DNA of 64,000 bases from Eubacteriales bacterium (GTDB lineage Bacteria; Bacillota; Clostridia; Oscillospirales; CAG-272). Shown here one piece after another: positions 33,379 to 41,355 of this stretch. Below the pieces are notes generated by a model, which was not told the origin of the DNA, did no database searches, and saw only the letters and a list, made by a program, of their open reading frames with translations. Made by a program: the position numbers and the translations under genes. The DNA is taken from positions 25-64,024 of the forward strand of contig JAZORZ010000046.1 of NCBI GenBank assembly GCA_045656885.1. The letters are read 5' to 3'. Position 1 is the stretch's first letter. The number at the start of each line of letters is the position of its first letter.

Positions 33379-34049
33379 TGACGTTTGAGCAAATTTCTTA
33401 CGGTACGGCGAGTCCGTTAACCATCACGATCCGCGCCTTGCGTGCTCAGCACGAGGGAGCAGAGATGCTGGTGCAGTTGCTTTTGGAAAATGGGGAACAC
33501 CAAGAGCAAAAAAGTCTTGTTATTACAACCGAGCAATACTGTGAATTCAACCTTACGCGAGGATCGATTACCGAGGAGACCTATGAGAAGATCGAAGAAG
33601 CCGCCGAGCTTTGCCGTGCCTTGCGCAGTGGGGAAAGTCTCTTATCCTACGGCGCAAACTCGGTGCAGGCACTCACGCGCAAGCTGGTCGGCAAAGGGTA
33701 TAACCGTGAGGTTGCCGCACAGGCGGCAGAACGACTTGCCGGTTATGGACTTATCGACGAGGAACGCGATATGAAGCGCGAGGTAGAAAAGTGCCTACGT
33801 AAGCTGTGGGGAAGCAAACGTATCAGTGCCCACCTTTGGAGCAAGGGATACGCCGCCGAAACCATGCGGGGGCTTTCTGATCTGCTTGCAGATATCGACT
33901 TTTCAGAGAACTGTGCGGCACTCATCAAAAAGCACTACGGCGAAGTACCGCGCGATGCCGACGAGCACCGCCGTATGATTGCAAGTCTTTCCCGCTACGG
34001 TTATTCCATCGGGGAAATCCGCGAAGCGATCCACCTTTTGCAATCCTAA
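33378..34049 (+). CDS. recX: RecX-like regulatory protein
   Basis: 223 aa. Repeated helical RecX-type segments (LTRKLVGKGYNREVAAQAAERLAGYGLIDEE..; ..ISAHLWSKGYAAE..). TAATG overlap with recA. Confidence 0.75.
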   Translation: MTFEQISYGTASPLTITIRALRAQHEGAEMLVQLLLENGEHQEQKSLVITTEQYCEFNLTRGSITEETYEKIEEAAELCRALRSGESLLSYGANSVQALTRKLVGKGYNREVAAQAAERLAGYGLIDEERDMKREVEKCLRKLWGSKRISAHLWSKGYAAETMRGLSDLLADIDFSENCAALIKKHYGEVPRDADEHRRMIASLSRYGYSIGEIREAIHLLQS

Positions 34050-34066
34050 AAAAAAATAAAAAATCA

Positions 34067-34101
34067 GTACCCACGCGAAATTCGCGTGGGTACCTTTTTT
34101 A
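34067..34101. terminator. Bidirectional terminator shared by recX (+) and the phage-like module (-)
   Basis: A-run, then GTACCCACGCGAA-a-TTCGCGTGGGTAC, then a T-run. The module's last stop codon (34107) lies only a few nt away. Confidence 0.85.
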
Positions 34102-34106
34102 TTTGG

Positions 34107-34505
34107 TCAGGTCAAGCCGTAGCGGTCAACGATCGCGCCAACCGAGGCGGGGAGCGTTTTGCGAATGTCAAGAATGGCACTGATGTAGCGGTCAAAGAAT
34201 TTATCGCTCATCTCCTCGTTCTCGTCTATCACAAGTCCGGATGCGAGGTGATAGATCGCCGCAGGGGCAAACACATTGCAGAGTGGAAACTCATCATTGG
34301 GGTTCAGCGTGACGGCATCGGTAGAGATGACCTTGCTTTCCATACCGTTTGCTTTGCGGTAGTCGCCGTCAAGCTTAGCATATTGGGTTACAAAGGCGGC
34401 AAGCAAATAGGGAGCACGCGAATTGTAATCTTCATTGCCAAAGGTGATGGTGGTATTTTCGCAAACAATCGATATAGCGCTCTTGATCAAGTCTTGGCAG
34501 ATCAT
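34107..34505 (-). CDS. Phage-module hypothetical protein (possible head-tail adaptor/connector by position)
   Basis: 132 aa, immediately downstream of the capsid gene. The function call rests on position only. Confidence 0.6.
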   Translation of the reverse strand: MICQDLIKSAISIVCENTTITFGNEDYNSRAPYLLAAFVTQYAKLDGDYRKANGMESKVISTDAVTLNPNDEFPLCNVFAPAAIYHLASGLVIDENEEMSDKFFDRYISAILDIRKTLPASVGAIVDRYGLT

Positions 34506-34518
34506 TTTCTACCTCAAA

Positions 34519-35355
34519 TTATGCGTCGAGAACGTTGAGGTCGAGCAGTACCATTTCGTTGGGGTAAACGACCTTTGCGCCATAGAGGTGCAAGCCCTTA
34601 ACGGCATCGGCAAAGCGGAGCTCGGGGCGGTATGCATCGATCTCGGAGAGCTGCTCTGCAAAGGCGATTGCACGCTTGGTGCGAGCCAGGCACTTGTGTT
34701 CATAACCGGTGTCGCCTTCCATCTTCACCACGTTGTTGGAAACAAAGATCTTGCAGCCACCAATTGCGCCAATGCAACCGGTCTCCATAACGTCGGTGTT
34801 GTCGGTGGAAAGGGTAACCTTTGCCTTCATAATCAAGCCCGCGATCTCGGGAGTTACCTCAATAACGATATCCTCGGGGTCAGCTACGTTCTTGGTAAAG
34901 AGCTTTGTTCTGGCATCGATGATGAGGTTTACGATATTCTCGGTAGTAACGTCATCGCACTTGATGCTGCTGCCTGCCTGACCGTAAAGACGGTAAATAT
35001 ACTCGTCCGCATCGTTTGCAAGCGCGCTTGCCGCATTCTTCATAGCGAGCTCCATCAGTTTGGGAGAGGACTGTGCACGGTCGATGTCATCAATTTGGAA
35101 GTTAAAGTACTTTGCTTGGTCGATCTTAAGCTCGCGAGCGTTGTCGGAGAGCGTGGAAGGGGAGTTCATGTTTGCGTTTTTAACATATTCGGAGACGACA
35201 ACGTCACCAACGCCGCAAATGCGAACGGTGTTGCCTTTTTCGCGAATTTCGCCTTCGTAATCGCGATTGCAGTTTGCAACGCCGATGTACTTTTTGTCAA
35301 GCTCCTGATAGAGGTTTTCGCTCCAGATGGTGGGAATGAAATTGGTAATAGCCAT
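34519..35355 (-). CDS. Phage major capsid protein
   Basis: 278 aa. The N-terminus MAITNFIPTIWSENLYQEL..NRDYEGEIREKGNTVRI is the FIPxIWS-type signature I associate with P22-coat-like/HK97-fold capsid families. It follows the scaffold gene. Confidence 0.8.
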   Translation of the reverse strand: MAITNFIPTIWSENLYQELDKKYIGVANCNRDYEGEIREKGNTVRICGVGDVVVSEYVKNANMNSPSTLSDNARELKIDQAKYFNFQIDDIDRAQSSPKLMELAMKNAASALANDADEYIYRLYGQAGSSIKCDDVTTENIVNLIIDARTKLFTKNVADPEDIVIEVTPEIAGLIMKAKVTLSTDNTDVMETGCIGAIGGCKIFVSNNVVKMEGDTGYEHKCLARTKRAIAFAEQLSEIDAYRPELRFADAVKGLHLYGAKVVYPNEMVLLDLNVLDA

Positions 35356-35387
35356 AATGTTTTTTTCCTTTCTTTATTCAAAAAATG

Positions 35388-36017
35388 TTAGTGCCATTTT
35401 TGCATCGAGCGCATAATCTTGGGCAGATTTGCGCGTACCTCCGCCGGGGTCATGGCACGCACCTCGGCAGGGGAAAATTCAACGCTCTCGGCGTTTTTTG
35501 CAGCGCCCGCAGAGCGAGCACGGTTTTCGGCATTCCTCTCGACTGCCATTTTTTGCAAGAGCGTACGGCGATGCTCGGCAAGAGCAAATGCCGCGGCAAG
35601 CGAGTTGCCATCTTGAACGCCTTGCCACACCTCTTTTGAAAGCGAGGCGATGGGCGTCTCGGGGTAGAGAACCGAAAACTCGTTATACTGACGCTCAATA
35701 TGCTCCATTTGGGCAAGTTGCGCGTTTTTGGCATCAAGCTCTTGTCGGAGGCGGTTCAGCTGACCTCGCAGCTCGTCCAATTCGCTTTTTTGATGCGTGG
35801 AATCAGGATCTTCGCAATCAAAATCAGGATCTGCGCAGGTATCTGCAAAAATGCCAAGAGCAGCTTCATTTGGTTCTCCGAGAGGTGTTTTTGTTCCTTC
35901 GGTTGTGAGGGGCTTTGCTGTCTGCGGCGCAGGCGGCGTCTCCACAAAATCGTGCGTCGCGCTCGCATCTTCATTTTGATCTTCGAGAACAGTGCATTCT
36001 TCATTCATCAGTTGCAA
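35388..36017 (-). CDS. Phage scaffolding protein
   Basis: 209 aa, acidic, with a coiled-coil segment ELDELRGQLNRLRQELDAKNAQLAQMEHIERQ. It lies between portal and capsid, and its start overlaps the portal 3' end by 17 nt. Confidence 0.7.
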   Translation of the reverse strand: MQLMNEECTVLEDQNEDASATHDFVETPPAPQTAKPLTTEGTKTPLGEPNEAALGIFADTCADPDFDCEDPDSTHQKSELDELRGQLNRLRQELDAKNAQLAQMEHIERQYNEFSVLYPETPIASLSKEVWQGVQDGNSLAAAFALAEHRRTLLQKMAVERNAENRARSAGAAKNAESVEFSPAEVRAMTPAEVRANLPKIMRSMQKWH

Positions 36018-37551
36018 CTCCTTTCTCTTTGAGTTTTTCGAGCAATACCTCGCGGTTGACGAGCATGCCCGTGGGGAGCAGTTCTACGTATTCACTCACG
36101 CTCAAGTGACCGTCGTCCAACAGCTTGTTCAGTGTAGAAACGGTAGCGGCGGGGGAATAACGGTCGATGCTTCCTGCGTGAACGGTAGCATTGATGAGTG
36201 CGTTTTTGAGGAGCGCGTAATCAAGTGCTTCGGCACTTACTTCGCCACTCTTTTCCAAAACCGAAAGCATACGCTCGGTGGGGCAGTAGGTGCAAAGCAT
36301 ATCTGCCCAAATGGCGGCAAGCTCGCCAATACAACGGCAAAAGTGAACGCGAACGTGCTCCAAGGATACCGAAGCGGCAGATTGCAGCGTGAGAATTGCA
36401 CTGGTGTTGTGTGCACGTTCGTCACCCAAAGCCGAGTCGGTTGCACCCATCATCGATTTGGTGTTTTCGATGACATCGGTGATGAGATCGAGATATCCGT
36501 CCTGCATCTGTCCTACACCGACTACCGAAACGGCATCTGCCATGTTGCCGCCGCCAACGGCGCCAATGGCTTCGCCAACCTCATTGGACCACTCGGGAAT
36601 ACGTGTTTTGTCGTAAACAACCTTTGAAAAGGCAGTATTCTGCATATGCTTGAGTGCCATTGCGTAGGCGGTGTTGATGCATTTTTGGTTGGCGACCATA
36701 TCGCTTACCGATGCCGTGCCGTGAAAACAGTTTTTGGCATTGTGCCAATGAAAATAGGCAATGGGGTAGAGTCGCAAGCCGGTGTTCGCACGGCGTATCA
36801 GGCAATTTTTTGTGGTCTTTTCAAAAATGACCTCGCCGTTCTCGCGGAAAAAGCGAATGAGAAAGGTTGCCTTTTCTTCTCCCTTCAGCTCTGCTTTGCC
36901 AAGGTCGGCGGTGTAGGTACCCATGTTTTCGTCGTCGCTGACGATGCGGGCGACGTCTTTTTCACTCACGCCTGCAAGCAGTGCTTCGCGGCGCAAGCTT
37001 TCCACAGTTGCGCGACCTGCCAGCATTACGTACTTTTGACTTTGAATGTCGGAAGAGTTGACGTCTGCAACAAACAAGTTGGTCGAATCCACAACGTCGG
37101 TGTGAATGTCACCGTCAAAGGCGTGACCGTTGCGACGGTCGGGATCCCACCAAGCGTAAAAAACGCCGTCGCCCGAAATGGCGGCATCTAAGAGTGCCTG
37201 ATAGGAAAGTGACTCCATATGCCCATGCTTCCAACGCCAAGCCGCGTTGCGGTTGAGCACGTCAATACCGCGGGCAACGGCAGCTCTCGCCTCGTCGGAG
37301 GCAACAAAGGGCAGGGCTTCATCGGAGTAGGAGATGGAAATATCTCCGCCGATAACGGATGCGACCTGGTGGTCGGTAATCCGTCGAATAAAGTTAAAAA
37401 CGGGGCGTGGGAGGTCGGCATTTACGCCATACCAATGGTCTCCGCGATAAAAGCGCTCATTGCGTCTTACCGTTTCATAAAGACCGATGCGTTGTTTGTA
37501 GGCCTTGCCTGCCTCATAAGCACGCCACGCCAGTTCGTGTGCTTGAGAAAT
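36001..37551 (-). CDS. Phage portal protein; the ORF extends 97 codons upstream of the first GTG and has no canonical start (candidate ATT at 37551)
   Basis: The track ORF is 36001-37260. The frame stays open up to TAG at 37569-37567. The upstream extension translates as ISQAHELAWRAYEAGKAYKQRIGLYETVRRNERFYRGDHWYGVNADLPRPVFNF..., a portal-like N-terminus. AAAGGAGG (37566-37559) lies 7 nt before the ATT. Confidence 0.75.
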   Translation of the reverse strand: MSQAHELAWRAYEAGKAYKQRIGLYETVRRNERFYRGDHWYGVNADLPRPVFNFIRRITDHQVASVIGGDISISYSDEALPFVASDEARAAVARGIDVLNRNAAWRWKHGHMESLSYQALLDAAISGDGVFYAWWDPDRRNGHAFDGDIHTDVVDSTNLFVADVNSSDIQSQKYVMLAGRATVESLRREALLAGVSEKDVARIVSDDENMGTYTADLGKAELKGEEKATFLIRFFRENGEVIFEKTTKNCLIRRANTGLRLYPIAYFHWHNAKNCFHGTASVSDMVANQKCINTAYAMALKHMQNTAFSKVVYDKTRIPEWSNEVGEAIGAVGGGNMADAVSVVGVGQMQDGYLDLITDVIENTKSMMGATDSALGDERAHNTSAILTLQSAASVSLEHVRVHFCRCIGELAAIWADMLCTYCPTERMLSVLEKSGEVSAEALDYALLKNALINATVHAGSIDRYSPAATVSTLNKLLDDGHLSVSEYVELLPTGMLVNREVLLEKLKEKGVATDE

Positions 37552-37577
37552 AACGATTCCTCCTTTCTAAAAGATGA

Positions 37578-39314
37578 TTAAGGCATGGTATGAATGTCAA
37601 GTCGGTAGAACTCGACGGGGTTTGATGCGTATACAAAGATGGTAAAACGCAAAAAGCGGTAGCGGTGGGAGCCAAAGCGCATTCCTTGTACGTGTGTGTT
37701 GGCATTGGAATCGGGGGGAATCAAGTCGAAACTTTTGCTGTTGCGTTCGGTTTCAAACAACACGCTTCCTTCCTCTTCATTTCCTCCAAAATACAAATAT
37801 GCGCGCGTTGAACGACGGGGAACGTCGGGGGTTCCAAAGTCGAGGTAGCTGCTCCTGTAAAAAGCGGATATAGGCGTATCGGAATCCTTGTTATGGGAGC
37901 TGTCAAATACAAAAATATCGTTGTTTTGTGCAAAGCCGAAGCCCTCCGAATTTTTGAAAAAGAAGCTTGCGGGAATATTACTAAAACGATACCATTCCTC
38001 GCTTTCCGTGTTCCAAACAAGCACGTCACCGGCTTGATTTTCGGGGTCTCGCATCCAAATCTCACCGTCGCCAACGTTCCAAAAGAGCTCTGCACGCTTT
38101 GCAAAATCGGAAGAGATTTTTCCTCTTAAGCCCACCGAAAGTCGTTCAAAGGAGAGCTGCTCGGGGCGGGCTACCGATGCCGTGATGCGGTAAATATCAT
38201 TCCCCATCACCGCCAATATGCTGTTTTGGTAGGAGATCGCGCCGCGTGGGGAGACACACCCAATATCCTTTGCCGCAAGTGTTGTCAACACCTCGCCTTT
38301 TTCAAAGGTCAAGCTCCAAATACGGTCAGGGGCAAAGGCGAGAACAGTGTCATACAAGGGGCACATAGCGGTTACGGGATTTGCACTGTCACCCAAAAAG
38401 AGCACGTCGTCCGCACAAAAATAAAGGGAAGATGCCTCAGGGTAGAGCGCGTGGCAGGAGGAGAGCATGTAGTCGGTTACGGGACGAGTGCAAAATACGC
38501 GAGCATCGTTGCCCCAAAGCAAAAGCTTGTTTTCGTTCCCACGGGAGTAAATAAAGGAAAGCTGTGCCGCAAGGATCTTTTGACGAATCTCCTCGTTCAG
38601 TCCAACAGTAAAGCCGACCTCCAAAACGGCAGGCGGAGTTGCCGTATTGAGGGTGATCTTGTCGGTTTTGGGCGTGAAGGTGTAGTTGACGATGGGCTTT
38701 CCGTCGGCCTTGACGACGTCTACCGTATCGGCGTAATAGGGCAAACGAAAAACGGTTGATGCATTCGAGTTGTAATAGTGCACACGCAAACGGGGGGTGA
38801 GCAGATTGATATCCTCATTGACGTCGCCATAGGAAGTAGGGTTCCATTGGTATCCGTAAAGCGGAACGTAAGCTTCTACAATGTCAAATCTGTTCGGCCA
38901 GGGGAAGTAACGGTAAATGTTTTTTCCGTCAAGCAGATACAAATCGTCCATGTAGATGCAAAAATGCACAAGCCCTTCCGAGGTAGAGAGGGTTCCCGCA
39001 ACGCTTTCGGTCATCGACTCCCCGTCCAATCGGTAGACCGTGTTGCCCACCACAGCAAAAAAGAGCGAGTTCCCTTGAAACGTTCCTTGCCAAATGCCAC
39101 GCACCTTTTGATCACTCGAAAAGTGTTTTTCGAGCTTGTAGCCCATACGTGCTTTGAGGATGCCACCGGGCAGAATTTGAAAATTGCACATATCCTCGGC
39201 CCCTTCGGGGGAGAGCGGTGCGTGTTTTCCAAGACCGCCAAATTTGCAAGAGAGAATTTTCAGGGCAGAATGCCTTGAATTGAGTCTTGCCATAAGTTGA
39301 AAAACTCCTTTCAT
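37578..39314 (-). CDS. 578-aa phage-module protein with repeated beta-propeller-like blade motifs, function unknown
   Basis: Recurrent motifs GNTVYRLDG, GKNIYRYF, DRIWSLTF, GNDIYRIT, GDGEIWMRD and NNDIFVFD. It lies between terL and portal. An alternative start at 39293 is preceded by AAAGGAG. Confidence 0.75.
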   Translation of the reverse strand: MKGVFQLMARLNSRHSALKILSCKFGGLGKHAPLSPEGAEDMCNFQILPGGILKARMGYKLEKHFSSDQKVRGIWQGTFQGNSLFFAVVGNTVYRLDGESMTESVAGTLSTSEGLVHFCIYMDDLYLLDGKNIYRYFPWPNRFDIVEAYVPLYGYQWNPTSYGDVNEDINLLTPRLRVHYYNSNASTVFRLPYYADTVDVVKADGKPIVNYTFTPKTDKITLNTATPPAVLEVGFTVGLNEEIRQKILAAQLSFIYSRGNENKLLLWGNDARVFCTRPVTDYMLSSCHALYPEASSLYFCADDVLFLGDSANPVTAMCPLYDTVLAFAPDRIWSLTFEKGEVLTTLAAKDIGCVSPRGAISYQNSILAVMGNDIYRITASVARPEQLSFERLSVGLRGKISSDFAKRAELFWNVGDGEIWMRDPENQAGDVLVWNTESEEWYRFSNIPASFFFKNSEGFGFAQNNDIFVFDSSHNKDSDTPISAFYRSSYLDFGTPDVPRRSTRAYLYFGGNEEEGSVLFETERNSKSFDLIPPDSNANTHVQGMRFGSHRYRFLRFTIFVYASNPVEFYRLDIHTMP

Positions 39315-39355
39315 TTTGAACTGTCACAAAGAAAACCCATGTCCTTCGCTCGCTC

Positions 39356-40675
39356 TTAAAAGAGCGAGCGCTCTTTTTTAGCAAAACGAAAGGTGTTGTT
39401 GGCGGCCGGTTGTGTGGGAAGATTGGTGCGACTCATTACGGCGTAGCGCAAGGCCTCCGGCGCATGTGTTACGGCGTGGGGCTCGTCCGAGGCATCCTCG
39501 GGGCGCACTGCGTCGCAAAGCAGAGCCGGCATCGAGCGGATCAGCTCGGTACAAGCCGACGATATCCGAAGCGCAGGCGCACCGTCCGAGGGGCTTAAAT
39601 ATTCGCGAAGAACACGCCAACCCGGAACGCGGCGGTTATCGGCGGCGCACATCGGTGGCATACATGGGGCCGATTGCATCACCTCAAATCCGCTTTTTCC
39701 GCTGTCCTGACGGCGGTTCCAAAGGTCGGGGGAAGCAACCGCATAGCGCACCTCTACTCCTTGACACAAAAGCGCCACCTGCCGTGCCGCCTCACTCAAA
39801 GTAAGATTGGGGCGGCAAACTTCCTTTACCGCAAACAAATTGCCCTTGGCATCGTATCCCATCAAAAGGGCGGCAAGCATATCAAAGCCGTAGTCAAACG
39901 CCACAAAATAATGCAGTCCGTCGGGGATCTTCTCGGGGGAACAGATGTGTACGTCGGGGTCGAATTCCGAAAAGAACTGTCCCTCAAATACGTCCCAGCT
40001 TCCATGCAACCACGCATCACGCAATTTTTGCGGCAAGCTTTCCAACTGCCGAACATAGTCGGGGTCAGCTCGCAGCAAAATCGGATTGTCATACACCTGC
40101 GCCGAGATGAAGAGATAATCGTCGGGATCTTCATCTTCTCGAAATTTTCGCTCCACAAAGAGTCGCTTCACCCAAGCGTGACCAATGCCACCGGGATTGC
40201 AGGTCAGGTACATTCTGCGCGGTGCAACAGAAGTGCCACGAAGACAGGCCTTAAAAATAGAAAACTGATATTCGCTCAGCTGCGTTGCCTCGTCGATAGC
40301 AATAATGTCGTACTCTTGTCCTTGATAACGCAAAACATCCCGTGTGGACGCGCAATAGCCAAGAGCTATGCTGCTGCCGTTTGGGAGCGTGAGGAGTTTG
40401 TCCCCCTCACTGTAAGAGAGGAGCGTGCCGTACTCATCCAAAAGCGGGCGCACGTGGTTGGCTTTGAGCTCCGCATAGGAACGCCGCACCAATAGGCACC
40501 GAATGCCGGGGTAGCAGAGACAAAGCCCGATCAGCTTGCGCCGCAGAGCCCAGGATTTTCCGCCGCCGCGAGCACCACCGTAAGCTGTGTAACGGGCACG
40601 GGATGCAAAAAACAGCTTTTGCCGCTCGTTGGGTACGCCGCGGATGTGCAGGATTCCCTCGTTATCTTCTCTCAC
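39356..40675 (-). CDS. terL: Phage terminase large subunit
   Basis: Walker A YGGARGGGKSWAL, Walker B-like DIIAIDEATQ, and a C-terminal nuclease region. The GTG start overlaps the terS stop (GTGA), with GGAGGA upstream. Confidence 0.9.
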   Translation of the reverse strand: MREDNEGILHIRGVPNERQKLFFASRARYTAYGGARGGGKSWALRRKLIGLCLCYPGIRCLLVRRSYAELKANHVRPLLDEYGTLLSYSEGDKLLTLPNGSSIALGYCASTRDVLRYQGQEYDIIAIDEATQLSEYQFSIFKACLRGTSVAPRRMYLTCNPGGIGHAWVKRLFVERKFREDEDPDDYLFISAQVYDNPILLRADPDYVRQLESLPQKLRDAWLHGSWDVFEGQFFSEFDPDVHICSPEKIPDGLHYFVAFDYGFDMLAALLMGYDAKGNLFAVKEVCRPNLTLSEAARQVALLCQGVEVRYAVASPDLWNRRQDSGKSGFEVMQSAPCMPPMCAADNRRVPGWRVLREYLSPSDGAPALRISSACTELIRSMPALLCDAVRPEDASDEPHAVTHAPEALRYAVMSRTNLPTQPAANNTFRFAKKERSLF

Positions 40676-41064
40676 GTACCGTCCTCCAAAATGTCGTGCT
40701 CAAACACAAGCCGCATTTGTCCGCAGGACGCCGCCGAGCTTTCTTCCTTTTCATCGTACCCCAATCGCTTTTTGAGATAATAGGAAAGCAGGGACGGCGA
40801 GGGCGATGAGATCAGAAGCTCATCTTCAAGCGTGGTACAAATGAGATCGTAAAGCCGCGGGGCATCGGTGCAGAGCTTTTGCAGGTATGCAATGCCGCAA
40901 CCAAGAAAGCGACAAAAGCCCGCAAGGTTGGCAAACTGCCCCCCTGACTTTTTGCTGTCTGCCTCAGGCGGCGGACGACAAGCGCCTACGTATTCTTCAA
41001 GCAGAGCCAAAAGCCGCTTTTGCCGCGCGGGAGTATCAAGCGTTTTTGGCAATTTCTTTGCCAT
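40672..41064 (-). CDS. terS: Phage terminase small subunit (HTH-type)
   Basis: 130 aa. ..ANLAGFCRFLGCGIAYLQKL.. is a typical TerS HTH region. It lies immediately upstream of terL, with GGAGGTG upstream. Confidence 0.7.
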   Translation of the reverse strand: MAKKLPKTLDTPARQKRLLALLEEYVGACRPPPEADSKKSGGQFANLAGFCRFLGCGIAYLQKLCTDAPRLYDLICTTLEDELLISSPSPSLLSYYLKKRLGYDEKEESSAASCGQMRLVFEHDILEDGT

Positions 41065-41130
41065 ACAAATAGCATCACCTCCAATGGTTCGGTTTTCTTT
41101 GTGACGCCCTTATTGTACCGCCCTTTTTTG

Positions 41131-41170
41131 TGCCAAAAGATGCCAATGTGTGCCACTTTGTGCCAAATAA
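41131..41170 (-). promoter_or_regulatory. Four TGCCA (minus strand TGGCA) motifs phased at exactly 10 bp, upstream of terS
   Basis: TGCCAAAAGA TGCCAATGTG TGCCACTTTG TGCCAAATAA, with TGCCA at 41131, 41141, 41151 and 41161. Confidence 0.7.
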
Positions 41171-41193
41171 AAAGCCCCGCGATTTTCGCGAGG
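41163..41193 (-). terminator. Terminator-like hairpin in the leader of the phage-like module
   Basis: Minus strand reads CCTCGCG-aaaat-CGCGGGG followed by CTTTTTATTT. Confidence 0.55.
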
Positions 41194-41288
41194 AAAGAGA
41201 AGAGTTATGGTTTTGTGCTGATAAACCCAAACACAACCAAAAGTTGTAAAAGGCGCCCATAAACAAACTTTGCAGTTCTTGAAATGAC

Positions 41289-41325
41289 AATAAACATGTG
41301 CTATAATATAGTCAAGATAAGCGCT
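41289..41325. promoter_or_regulatory. Overlapping divergent promoters (XRE gene rightward, phage-module leader leftward)
   Basis: Plus strand: TTGAAA (41289-94), 17 nt spacer, TGc-TATAAT (41312-17). Minus strand: TTGACT (41325-20), 17 nt spacer, TATTGT (41302-297). Confidence 0.55.
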
Positions 41326-41355
41326 TATCAATCTAAACAAAGGTGGATTGAATAT

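Larger units (their letters stand above)
34107..41064 (-). mobile_element. Phage-derived head/DNA-packaging gene module (7 ORFs) without tail, lysis, replication or integrase genes
   Basis: Contiguous, tightly coupled minus-strand ORFs: terS, terL, a 578-aa protein, portal, scaffold, major capsid protein, and a 132-aa protein. Confidence 0.8.

Noticed and set aside
41131-41170. Reading the TGGCAC...TGGCA repeats as a sigma-54 (-24/-12) promoter for the head module.
   Set aside because: The GG-to-GC spacing is one nt shorter than in TGGCAC-N5-TTGCW, and the -12 element would read TGGCA in place of TTGCA. The four-fold 10-bp phasing fits a protein-binding array better. It is still worth testing if rpoN is present.
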